DNA of 64,000 bases, from NCBI GenBank assembly GCA_964035545.1, contig OZ037765.1:4908698-4972697 (forward strand), read 5' to 3'. Source of the DNA: Bugula neritina. Lineage: Eukaryota > Animalia > Bryozoa. A model generated the notes under the pieces. That model was not told where the DNA came from and did not search any database. It saw nothing but the letters and a program-made list of their open reading frames with translations. The translations under genes and the position numbers were made by a program. Positions 51,951 through 64,000 of the stretch are shown piece after piece (position 1 is the first letter of the stretch; the number at the start of each line of letters is the position of its first letter).

Positions 51951-52651
51951 GCTAGCGCTTATTAGGCCAGTAGACCAAAAGCTACAATCACAAACCCACT
52001 CATATATTAATATTAAAATTATTGCTGAGATATGTAATAATTATTATTAAGCCTAATAAATGTTGAACTATAAAAACTTCAATCTACTAGACAATAGTAT
52101 ATTAAGTGTATATACCTAGTTACCTACCTGGACGTAAATAAGTTCAGCTACCAACTATGACTGAAGCAGATTGCTGGAAGTTTCAGGTGACAGTACACTA
52201 ATAAATGTTATAAAAAGATCTCTACTTTGGAATGTTGCATTGTTGATTTACTAACAATGAGTTTGCTGTTCCAGAGTTGAGATTGTTGTGAATATATTAT
52301 CACAATGTAACGCTGCATATGGGTATTATTATCAAATGTAAAGGCATTATCAACTATGGCATCTGAGATACTGCAAGTATTGCATAATATTTATTCATAT
52401 TAGCTAATACTCAATGTAAATAATTTTATTATAGTATTGTGTAAAATTCTATCATAACTAGACTGTACATAGCCTATAGAGTATAGATTATAGACTATGC
52501 ATATATTTGTATTCTATCAAATTAATAGGCTTAAACAGTAGACCCAAACTGCTAGTTTATGGTTACAGCAATGTCAATATTGTTCAAAATATTAGCAGCA
52601 AAATTATTAAAACTGCATGTCAGCACATGAGCATATAAGAGAACATCACAT

Positions 52652-52996
52652 AGGTTTATAGCTATCATCCCTGCGAGACCCCTAGTGGAAAAGGGCTTTT
52701 TAAAGTGGGCCAAAGGAAAATCGCCTGGAGCAGCGCAGAGTTGCTAGTCACTGAGTGCATTGGTGTGGGGAGGCAGTCTTGAGTTTGAAGTTCGGACAAT
52801 AATGCGTATGCAAATACTGTCCTCATCATCCCCAACCTGTGCTGCTTCTAGTGTTACAGGCATTTTTACTATTATAGGTAAAGAGGCAATTATGACTGAA
52901 TGCTCTCCCTAACATCACCTATGACATTACATGGGATGAACCATTGACCTTGTGTTTACCAAGCCAGTGCCCTAACCATTATAGACCACCGCTGTT
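52652..52996 (-). mobile_element. SINE (second subfamily) interrupted by a nested insertion
   Basis: SINE tail at 52652-52717 and core/head at ~52882-52996 (tgctctccctaacatcacc; aagccagtgccctaacca), separated by unrelated sequence. Confidence 0.75.
52725..52851. mobile_element. Small MITE-like element nested in the SINE; diverged second copy at 53861-53967
   Basis: Imperfect terminal inverted repeats ctggagcagcgcag / ctgtgctgcttctag; blocks agtgcattggt, gagtttga, tatgcaaa and gctgcntctag are shared with 53861-53967. Confidence 0.55.
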
Positions 52997-55900
52997 GGTT
53001 TGGAGCATGATAGTTTTATTTCAGAGACAGACAACTTCTCATACTACAAGGTTTCACCAGACCTAGTAAACCTATTATTTATTTAGAAACATGGAGATAA
53101 ACTCATCAGAGGCACCACCAGACCCAGTGAATGACAATTTCTCTTCAAGTGAATCTACATTTGAAACTTCCACAGTGGTCTATGTATAAAGCTCACAAAT
53201 ATTTACTTACCATGGAATAGAATGAGGGAGAAATATTTCAATGAGGGCTCCAAAAAGAGGCGAGAATAAATAATATCAATTATGTATAGATTGTTAGAGC
53301 AGAGATTTTTCAGATTGAGTGTAGAATAGTTGATTGTCAGAAATAAACTTGATACAAAAATATTGTTTTGTTGGACTGAGATTCGTTCCCTCTTTACATA
53401 TTAAATAGCCATCATACTACATGCCAGTCAGTAGTGTTGATTGTCATTGACAGGGATACATCTGAAAAATAAGTGAAACATAAGATATGGAACGTATGAG
53501 AAGTTTCTACCTATATAACAAGACAGACCCACAGCATGCACCATGCGTGCTTCATTTAGATACTATCTACTGTAGCAGCTACTTGTGTGTACAGAAAAGA
53601 TTTGCAGAGTATTAGCTAGATAAAGATTATCACAGAAAACCAAGAAGAATTTCAGAAATTCACAACTGATAAAGTATCTCTATGGTTTAGGCTGAAGCCT
53701 CTGTTATTTAGTAAGTGATGGGATATGAATGGAAAAACAATATATTATAATCTTTGCTTTATGCAAGATCACAGTATCGCACTACTAGTTGTCTGAATTT
53801 AATTATAATTGAGAGTTATCTACACACAATTGAACATAAAAACAAGGAAAGTGTTTAAAACAGCAGAAAGTTGGAGGCCACCTAGTGCATTGGTAAGGGC
53901 TCGAGTTTGAATAGCAAGTCTATGCAAACATTGCATTCGGTGACCCCAAACTTTACGCTGCATCTAGCACTTCCCTAAAAACCATAAATTTTATAATAGA
54001 TTGAGGTCCAATATACCAGGTGAAATCATCATGTAAGTGAACAATATGTAAAAGCAATAGCATGAATGGACATTGACAACAGACTACTTTTGTCTGATCA
54101 ATGGAATCGTTCAATGGCAGTACTGTGGTTTTGCACGATGAACAATGAACTGAATTTCATTACTACTTAGCAGCATTGTGGAGAATGCAGATTTAGTATA
54201 ACGCAACATAAACATACGTGACTTTTTGTTCAGTAAAATATGCATTCTGCTTAAGCACATTTATTTATTTTGTGCAACAGCCGTGAAAATTTCATGTAAC
54301 AATATTTTACTCAACTGGCACGTTATCTTAGCTGCTGTGTTTACATATTTAGGCTGAATGCTGCGCTTTGAATTGAAAACAAAAGGTATAATATTTATTC
54401 ATAGCCTAAAATATCTTAAATAAAACTTTTCTAAACACACCACCCCTTCAACATCTAATAAAAACTAAGGTTCTTACAGATTTTTATACCATAAAATGCT
54501 TTGATTATCAAACAACACAACTAGCTTTCAAAGATCAACAAATATTTTTATCAACTGAAAATATCCATTCTAAAGTTCGGTCTCCATAATGACTTTACCC
54601 AGCCATCAGTTAAAATCACACGAAATTAAATTTAGAGAAATAAGTTATACAGCCTTACCTGCTCAAGATTTCTTGGTCTATAAATTAGCATGCTGTGTTT
54701 TGGTTAGCAGACATCAATGTGAAACCTAAAGCAAAATATTACAGTAATTGCTCCCATAAGATTTGTATGTTAATAAACGCAATCATATCAAAGCTTGGAT
54801 AGTATAAAACCATTTAAAATGCTCAAGTGTGTTTCGTACTATAACAGGTTTAGTCTATAGCATAAAAGTGCATTGACCTACTACATTATACTTATTATAT
54901 AGCAAACAAAACTTTGGAAAATCTATAAAAGTTTAAGTGTTCTAAGCACTATGAACACAATCTAAGAAAATAAACAGGAAAAAAGTGTTAAATTATGCAC
55001 TATTCACAGGAGCTAATAATATTAAACTGATATATCTATGAAGTATGAACTGTGCTATGAACAAATGTGCATTTGTTTTGCAGAAGAGAATAACTTCAAA
55101 AAAGTTAGCAAGTTGTTGACAAAAAGGGAGTGGATAATTTCTAATTAAGTAAACAAAATTTTATAATGCTAAATTTTCGCTAAATTGACTTTTGATTTCA
55201 ACTGATGGTATTTCAATTTTTATTAATACAAGTTGGATAGATTATTACCTTGTATTACAATTGGCTTATTTGCATATATATTTTAAAAGCATACCGTTTA
55301 CTTGTGTTTTACATAAATTAAAAAGACAGCTATTGTAAAATAATAATAAAATAGAATGAAAATATTTATTAACATAATTTACGTAAAACAGCAAATCAAT
55401 TTTCATACACCTGACTATTTTTCTAAATATTCATTCAATAAGGCTTTTGTGTTGCATTATCCATCAATCACAAATTACCAATGCTAAAAACAGCTTCCAT
55501 GGTTATGTGTTAAAAATTAAATTAGGCAAAACTATAGTGTTTTATCTACTTAGGCATACAAATTAGTTAGTTTCAGTTGCCTACCTTTTTATCAATTGCC
55601 TAAATAATTTTTAGTTATGTACTAAGCTTAAAATAAAAATTAAATTTAATACATGTATGTAATAGATAAATAAATTACAAAACAAAATACAGATCTAAAG
55701 CGAAAATAGGTGAGAAACCTGTAACAGTTTCCGAATAGCTTAAAATTGCTTACTGATACAAATATATATTTAGCTTTGCATATACCTTTTACTTATATTA
55801 ACGAAAAACTATAAAATTATATTGGTTGCTTTCCTTAAGGCAATAAAAATTTGACTATTTTAACTGTTAACATGGACTACATTTTCAAATTATTCAATAA

Positions 55901-57269
55901 TATATATCTTTTATGAAAAAAATACTGATACTTGAAAAACAAGCCATTCTAAGCATCAAATAGTTTTAACCAATTCTAAACCTGCATGTGCAGGTATCAC
56001 AGTACAGTTTAATCATTTTTATTTAAACATAATATTGTTTTTGTACTTTACAATAGCTCTAAATTTTTAAATTAACAATTTAAAAAAAACTCTAAACTTT
56101 TAGACTATGGGCTGCAATTGTAAGCCTCCATAACCTACACAGATTGAACACTTCTTAGCAAATCAGAAGTAGAGTACCGTACAAGCGCTCAATGTGATTC
56201 TTAGGCTACAATTTAGACTCAGCTGTGGCTTGAATCTAGTTTGCTTGACAACGCTGCAAACCTTTTGCACAGAATTTGTCTGCACTGTTGGTTCACTTGT
56301 GTGGCCGTATTCCAAAATATGCTTAGCTAGAATTTCTTCTTATTGATTAATATAAATATGTAGTACAGCACCCTGCCCTTGAATACACACTGAAAGTGTA
56401 TACCATGTGTATGATAGCTTACCAATGCTATTAGTTGATGACAATAAATATACTGCTCAGCTAAAATGCAACCTATCCCTATGAATGTGTAAAGTCGGCT
56501 TAATTGGTATAAAACATTAAATCAACTAATTATTGTGTGATAGACGTTTTTAACTCTACAGTATGATATGCTAGTGTGACTCTTACATAGATTCAGTGGT
56601 GCAGACATTCACAAGGTGAGTTTTCTAATGAATCTCACTACTGGTAATTGTCCAACGATTGCTATCATTATTACTTACTATCCTTTTGAGTAACTTAGCA
56701 GCAGGACTAGACCTAGTATCAAAGCAAATTAACTATATTTCTTACAGTTGCTAATAACTATAGGCGTCACTATCAATCAGTATAATAATGATAATATAAA
56801 TAATAATTAAAAACAATCAATATATAATACAAAATTATTATACCTATTTAGTATTAGCAACAAATAAAAATATTTACACCACAATGATACTACTACTAGT
56901 AACCTAGAGTGAAAATCAAAACGATTAGCTGATGATGCAATTCAAGTTTCACATTGATGATTGAAAGATTTAGTTCGCACAGCTAAGTCTAACGAGTATC
57001 AGTATGAGTCTCATTATCACTATGAGTTTGACTATAGTCTATAGTCTATAAGTATAAGTATCATTTACATTATCATTATGATTATCACTATCAGTATCAG
57101 TATGAGTATGACTATGAGACTGAGTAAATCAATATCAAAATGTTACAAGTTTGAGTTTCTCATCTTCTAAGTCAAAATATTTTTTCGAAATTTTACTCTC
57201 GTCACTAGCAAAAATTAAAAAAATTAACTTAAATGTAACATTAGTAGAGCTATAGTGGCAGAGCAACAG

Positions 57270-57530
57270 CATTGGTACTGAACCTAGGGCTGAAAGTGAA
57301 TGTTCGAATTGTTGTAGCATAGGTGATTGAATAAGAATGTGCCAAAGTGAAACTACAAGGTTCGCTCACTTGATTGTATACATGCTATATTAAACTCAAC
57401 CAATGAGGGCAGATTTCACGAATCGATTATAACCAATCAAGAAGATGGTGTTGCGTTTTTGGCTGTGAGAAAAAGAAAGATTCAATCCATTTTATTCGAT
57501 GAGTTTAGAATACGCCCATACCCAATCGAT
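57270..57530 (+). promoter_or_regulatory. Candidate Rab22 promoter (possibly bidirectional)
   Basis: CCAAT at 57400 and 57433 (33-bp spacing), another at ~57522, reverse ATTGG at 57271, YY1-like aagatggtg at ~57442; relatively CpG-rich patch between repeat tracts. Confidence 0.5.
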
Positions 57531-57654
57531 AATTAAAACTAAAAACAGCTAGAGTACAAACTCCTTCTTGCACGTTCCTGTCGGATACATTTCAATTTCC
57601 ATAGACATCCTGTAATGTCACACTGACACTGAATTAGAATACATTTCCAGGTTA

Positions 57655-58420
57655 TACTCATACTGATACTCACACTCACAGCCCGGTCACAGAATAATCA
57701 TAATGAAATAATAATCTAACTCATAATGATAGTTATAATTATCATAATGATAATCATATAATATGAATATTAATAATATTAATACTAATACTAATACTAA
57801 TAGTAATACTATTACTATAACTATTAGTATTACTAATAGTATTAGTATTACATTAGTAATAATTATACTAATAGTATAAGTATTACTATTACTATTAGTA
57901 TTAGTTATTACTTATACTTATACTTATAGTTATAGTTATTAAATTTATTTATGATCAAAATCATAATGATAATCATAATGATTAAATAACTATAAGTATA
58001 AGTGATAATATTAATGGTAACGTCTAATGATGAACATATTAAATATAATAAATAATATAATAAATTAGATTAATATTATAATGATATATATTTTAATTTA
58101 TATAACATATTATTTATTAATAATATTATATAATTTAATACAGATGTTCAGTCTCATGGCTCATGCTTAGTACAAGTACGAGTATCACTATCAGTAACTG
58201 CTATGAGTATGACTATCACTATGGGCATGATTTTAGAGTATTACTATTAGTAGTATTACTGTGCCTCATTTGAGTGATTTAACCAAGTCCTTAACCAGTT
58301 TTAACAAAAACCCTTTACATCAGGGGTTTCTCACAGGGATAACTTTGCGTGACTAGTATTACTAGCATTAGATTCAGTATGAGTATCAGTACGAGTATGA
58401 TACTGATAATGATAGTGAGA
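57655..58420. repeat. Degenerate 3/6-bp periodic tract
   Basis: Runs of tactaatagtaat and atgagtatgactatcact. Confidence 0.75.
58259..58352 (+). mobile_element. 3' fragment of the SINE
   Basis: aagtcctt...aacaaaaaccctttacatcaggggtttctcacagggat...gcgtga. Confidence 0.75.
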
Positions 58421-59711
58421 CGGTAGTGTATGTAACTTTTATGCTAGTGTGAGCTGTAATGCTGATGGAATTAAATAAATTGTGAGCTTTCTAATATAAT
58501 ATGGCCCAAAAACCCTTAAGTTTATTATTATAAATCAATTAATTTTACACTCGTTGTGATTGTTGAGCTTGAAATTAAACTAGATTTTACTGTAGCCTGA
58601 TATTTATATTGCTTGGTATTAAATATAATAGTAATATAAAGCAATTATGTTTATTAAAGCTAGGGCCACATGGAGCAGAAAATCAGGTACAAGAGTTAAT
58701 TGTCTGTTGGCTTTACCACCATGTTATAAATTATTTCATTTTAAAACATCACTTGCTATTTTCAGTGACTGGACTAAAAGCATGAAACAGAAACTAAAAA
58801 ACTGGTTCTTTAAATAGTGTTCAGTTAATAAGATCACTACCTCATAAACTTTTCACAGTATCCATTTAGCATTTTTACCCCATGAAATCTGCACAAAACA
58901 TCCCATTTTGCTCTATGTTGATCTAGCTTAATTTAAGCTGATGTTGTTTCTGCTATACTAGTAATAAGCTGCCTTAAACACCATTAGTTGCACCAAATTA
59001 CATTCTAGTCCCTTAAATTTTTATATTTATTATAATTATACTCAGTTTTATACTTATTGTAGTACTGATTATTAAGTTTTACTTTTACCTTTATAATATT
59101 TTTAATAATTAATCGGCAACTATGTTGAAAGTAAATCAGTCATTTTTATTGATTCCCAAATAAAAATGAAAGTTTGATTTGATATGGAATTTGCCTTTCC
59201 AAATTCTATAATTTCTGCATTTTAGTTTTTGTTGCAAACAACAAAGCTAATACTCATATCTAATCTTGAATTTTTATGAACATTTTATATTTAAAGTCTT
59301 GGTATTAGCACCTAGTTTTAACATTCATATTGGTAAGTTGGTTACATGTCTTAAAATTTATCTATGACTATTTGTAATATTAAATTTGTTTGTCATTCTT
59401 ATTATTAATCATAGTTGTAATTATCAAAAACGTTAACTGCTGGGACAATTTTGACTATCTTTAAAACTTCAATGATTTAAAGCAATCATGATTACATAAT
59501 TATCGAACCATTGTGATGTAATTATAAAAATATGTGAATGTGATTAGGCCAGTGTCATATAAACATTAAATTAACAATTAGCTAGTAAAGAGCTTTGCCA
59601 ATTATTGACTGTTTAAAAATTGCATGTACTTGAGTTTTTTTGTTCAACTTGAATAAAGGTTTTATGATACATGTTTATCCTGTGTTGACTCAGGATTTGA
59701 TAGTGTAATAA

Positions 59712-59921
59712 GGGAGCAGCCATGGTCTAGGGGTTAGAGCGTTTGGCTTGAGAAACACGAAGTCATGGGTTAAAACCCCAGTAAAGGCCATTGGTGATGT
59801 TAGGAAGAGCATCCAGTCATAATTACTTCTGTGCCTCATCTGAATAAGTCCTTAGCCCGCTTTAAAAATCCCTTCTATCAGGGGTTTCTCACAGGGATAG
59901 TGACTATGAACTTTCGTGAGT
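59712..59921 (+). mobile_element. tRNA-derived SINE, full length
   Basis: gggagcagccatggtctaggggttagagcg...ggccattggtgatgttaggaagagcatccagtc...tctcacagggatag...cgtgag. Confidence 0.9.
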
Positions 59922-61186
59922 TTTTTTATTTAATAGTAATTAGTAGTAATTAGTATTTAATGTAATTAGTAGTAAAACGACTTCAACTGGCAATAATGGT
60001 GTTGTATCTAAATGTAGCTATTGTATGTAGCAAAAAAATTCTTTTAAATATTTACACTTGTAAATTATTTATTAGCTATTTCACTTTTTTTGGTGATATG
60101 ATTCACCTCCTATTTGTCATCAAGTGAAATTAAATACGTGACTTGGTGCCCATAGATTTTATTATTTTGACATAAAACTTGATGAATAACAAACAAATTA
60201 AATAGTCAAGTTGCTTTTTACATCACAAAGTGTATTAAAAGCTTAGCCTGTGTGATCTCTGCCTATAGTATTGAAGTAAGTCAATATAAAACTGCTTTAA
60301 AAATTTGAGTTAGCCACATATTTTTGACTAGGTTTGTACCAGCAAATATGCAACCCCTGGGCTATACATGCATATTTATACGGAGGAGTATGTTAGGATT
60401 ATCTATAAGGCTCTACCAGTATGCTGAGCTAAACTTTAGGTCATCGTACATTGTAGTGTGTGGTTACCAGGGAGTAAATGTTTAAGGAGCAATCTTAATG
60501 ACATAAATTCATGTACCATATACATACTGTATTTTCAGCATAGTCATTCAATTTATATTAAAACATCATTTATATTATAGCGCTATACATATTATAGCAA
60601 TTTCCATTCTACAACATAATTTATGTCATAACATTATATATATATATATATTATAGCACTATTTGTATTATAGCACTACTTATAATATAACATTTTTTAT
60701 ATTACAACACCTTTCGATGGAGAATATTCTTCTATTACTTTGACTTGTTTGTGCTATTCTAAAACAGCCAATGTTTATAGTTAACATAATTTTTAAACTA
60801 ATGAATTCAACCCTTTACTTGAACCAAGATGTCAAGCTTGCGTTATTTCAGGAAGCATGAAACTGTTTGAGAACTAGTTATTCTGTTAGACTGGCAGCAT
60901 AATGTAAACAATGCTACTCATTGTATCCTTGTGTTGACATATGAGAGCTGGTCTGTTTCTAATCATTAGCGTTTATTATTTTCAAAACAAAGGCAACCGT
61001 GAGTTATTATGAGTTGTTACTTAGATTGTTATTTTTAGTAAAACTGTAAAACTAATAAGAAGTCATGTATTTTTAGATTAAATCTCTGATCCTAAAGTGG
61101 CAGGGTTTTATATTCTATAAATAAAGAGGTTAGTTAGAGGACACCATATTTTACCATGAATGTATAAAGAAGACCACTCTACCAGT

Positions 61187-63783
61187 ATGTCCACTACACA
61201 GGAAATTAAACTCTGTCTACTGGGTGTAAGTCAATATAAATTGTTGCTATACAAGGCAGTCCTAAAGTTTTGTGTGTGGATTGTGTGCTAGCATTTGCAG
61301 AGAGTGTTACAACAATGTGTCACTCAAACTGATGTGACAGATTTGGTAATAATGGTACTATGTTGACTTCTAATCTGCCTTATCATAATTTTTTGATTGG
61401 AAATGGTTTTATAAACACAAAGTAGTAAAAGTAGTAACTAAATGTAGTTTTTACGATCATCAAGATGATTGTAACTGTTTTCTTAATAACCAGGAAAGAG
61501 TGATTGAGTACAAATATACTAGATTGTGCAACTCAAATATCCTCATTGGATATACTCTATATATGGCTATTATTTCATGAAGTAATTGTATTGTAGTTAT
61601 ATAGGTGTAGTGAATTGTGTAACAGTTATTTTAGCTGGTCATTGTTGCTTAAAGTTATATTTATTACAATTTAATACATGTAAGCTAGATTGTTAACAGG
61701 ATAAACTACAAGAGTAGTAACTATGTTGGTGTTAGCAGCCCATGTTATAGCTGAGTTATGTGTTGCATAACCGATAAATTTGGGCAATACTATGTCGTGC
61801 TCTTTCTTGAGATCATATAAGTGTTCCTTGGGCTATTAGACACTCTGCGCTTTATTGGGTCATTATTGCTTTCTAATATATTAACATACTGTATAATATA
61901 ATATAGCATATTATATATAATATCATATTATGTATGACATGACTTTTCAATGCTGTAGGACACTTGTGTAGGCAAGACCAGTGTAGTACAGAGATTTGTA
62001 TTGGATAGCTTTAAACCTGGTACGGAAACCACAATTGGGTAAGATTGCCTTCTTGCTACCTTTCATCTGGTTCTATCAATTGGACCACTGTGTGATGTAA
62101 TTCACTCTTGTGGAAATTATTTAGAGATCTATGTAAGGGAAGTAATCACCAGTTCACCATATATTGGCCTCTGTATGACTGCTCATTGTTTCCATCTCTT
62201 TTAGTTGCCTTCTCCTGTATGTGAGCACATTTAGCTTACTTGTTTACAATGTTGAAGGCTGCATTCTTCCATTAAATTTTTTTTTATTAAATTTGTCAAC
62301 TCTGCAACTATTTACCCCAACAGCTTATTGGAATCATATTTACATTCATGTATTACAATATATTAATACACCATCTGCTGGCAGCTGGAAATATAAAAAA
62401 ATAATGTTTCCACTAATAAAAATCATTGGTAGCTACTGTTGGTAAATCACTTGGGAACAGAATTTTTATCTGTTGTTTTAACTTTTTGGCGTATGAGATG
62501 TTAAGCCCTGATTGAGATCTGGTGTTTTTGATGGGTTTATTGGCCTCAGCCTTGATAAAGCTCAGCTTAAAAGAGCTCAGTTTATGCTAAATAAACCTGT
62601 ATCCATGTTTTAAGCTGGCTGCAGTCAAACTGAGGTGGATACATGAGTGAATGTTTCTTTTGGACTCTGCAAACTTCTTATTTTTTTCTGGAGCATGATA
62701 TGAATTTACTATACATCACTGTAAATTTATGTAAGTTGTATCTCTGAAACTAGTGGTACATACTGCCAAAGCTAAACTTATTGTTATAACACTGTCCTCT
62801 ATTATTGCTTTTTTAGAGCATCGTTTATGTCTAAAACCCTCCTGGTAGATGGAAAGTCGTACAGGTTTCAAATCTGGGATACAGCAGGTCAAGAGAAGGT
62901 AACTACCACATCCTACTCACTTCCTGTCACATGACTCATCCCGAGTGAATTGTGTTTTGACATTCTGGATCTCTTTGCTAATGTACAGAAGGTTATCAGG
63001 AGTATTACTGCAAATATTTAGACTTTTAGAGTCTGATTGTTTTCAACTTTAAGAATGATGCAATCTTTCACTTTCAACTCATAGTGGTGCTGCTTGTCCA
63101 CTCAACTCCAACTCAAAACTCAAACAGAGAATTTGATTCTAATTAATACTGCAATGTAAGAAGTCACAGGTTCGATTCCCAGTAAAAGTCATTGGTGATG
63201 TTAGGAAAAGCATTCAGTCATAATTGCTCCTGTGTGTCATATGAATAAGTCCTTAGCTGCTTAAAAACCCTTTCCATCAGGTGTTTTTACAGGGATAGTG
63301 ACTATAAACTTACATGAGTTTTAATACTGCAGCATACGCCATAATGTATGCTCAGCCGATTGAGTTTGTAAGCCCTGCAGAATAACCAGTTAATAATTTA
63401 ACATTGTTATGTCTCTATTTGTAGTATCGGTCTTTAGCCCCTATGTACTACAGAGGTGCTTCAGCTGCAATTATCATGTATGACATCACTAAAGAGGTTA
63501 GTTACTGCTGGACTACAATAAATGCTATTACATACAAAGCTGCTGTTAATGCACAAAGAGCTATTATGAAATACCTAATCCTCGTTGGTTTACAAACCAC
63601 TTGCCATGAGGTGACGAGTGTAACGAAGCTTTAATATTTTGAGTAATTATACTCTGCAGGAAACCTTTAAAAGCTTAAAAAGCTGGATTAAAGAACTGAA
63701 AGAACGAGGTCCCAAGAATATTGTCATAGCCATAGCGGGCAACAAGAACGACCTTGAAGATGAGAGAGAGATCACTACTTCAG
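61187..63783 (+). CDS. RAB22A: Rab22/Rab31 small GTPase (Rab5 group), 5 coding exons in window, 3' end beyond window
   Basis: Exons 61187-61225 ([13 protein letters not shown]), 61959-62038 ([27 protein letters not shown]), 62817-62898 (ASFMSKT...IWDTAGQEK), 63425-63496 ([24 protein letters not shown]), 63660-63783 ([32 protein letters not shown]). [23 protein letters not shown] and [13 protein letters not shown] are Rab22/31 signatures. Confidence 0.9.
63154..63320 (+). mobile_element. 5'-truncated SINE with 11-bp TSD
   Basis: Box B GGTTCGATTCCC, core and tail present, box A missing; TSD ttaatactgca at 63143-63153 and 63321-63331. Confidence 0.85.
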
Positions 63784-64000
63784 GTCAGCAAGAAAGAGTT
63801 TGTAAATTTTGTGTAATTAAACTGAGGATTGCTAAGTTGAAATTGTATGCTCTCCATGGGTGCATGTCCCTTATATTAAAGTATGTTTAAGCATGTCATG
63901 TTATGGAATATAACATGCTTTTTAATCCTGTTATGATTTAGTAATATAAACAATACTTTGAATAGTGTTTTTATGTTTTATTTATTTACTATCATATGTT

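Larger units (their letters stand above)
48153..54725 (-). other. Candidate 5'UTR exons of the SLC26 gene (48153-48210, 54659-54725; further donor-like sites near 49710, 50690, 56422)
   Basis: ATG 47657 lies 5 nt after an acceptor; 48153-48210 and 54659-54725 have strong polypyrimidine-AG and AG|GTAA boundaries; 48153-48210 has stops in all three frames. Confidence 0.4.

Noticed and set aside
60276-60290. 15-nt copy of the Rab first-coding-exon donor sequence gtaagtcaatataaa
   Set aside because: Short and AT-rich, with no supporting upstream exon homology; may be chance or a UTR donor and cannot be supported.

Overview
AT-rich, intron-rich animal genomic DNA, probably an invertebrate bilaterian (lophotrochozoan-like is an inference; the species cannot be fixed from sequence). 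I reconstructed four spliced genes by hand, with consistent exon phases. Minus strand: (1) a SCUBE-family secreted EGF protein (ATG 10381, runs off the left edge) with an unusual ~190-aa non-EGF N-terminal domain; (2) a complete ADGRA/GPR124-GPR125-like adhesion GPCR (28898-11347, ~1601 aa) with a non-consensus GPS and a very long Tyr-motif-rich tail ending in a PDZ ligand; (3) an SLC26 prestin/pendrin-like anion transporter (47657-34617, ~950 aa) with a GC-AG intron and possible alternative C-termini. Plus strand, divergent: (4) a Rab22/Rab31 GTPase (from 61187, runs off the right edge). Non-coding DNA holds eight copies of a tRNA-derived SINE (MetaSINE-like core) plus one related fragment, a ~2.1-kb foldback element with ~820-bp near-identical inverted arms in an ADGRA intron, a small MITE-like element nested in a SINE, and many minisatellites, several abutting splice sites. 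No prokaryotic systems, CRISPR arrays or rRNA were seen. All assignments come from manual translation and recalled family motifs, not database searches.
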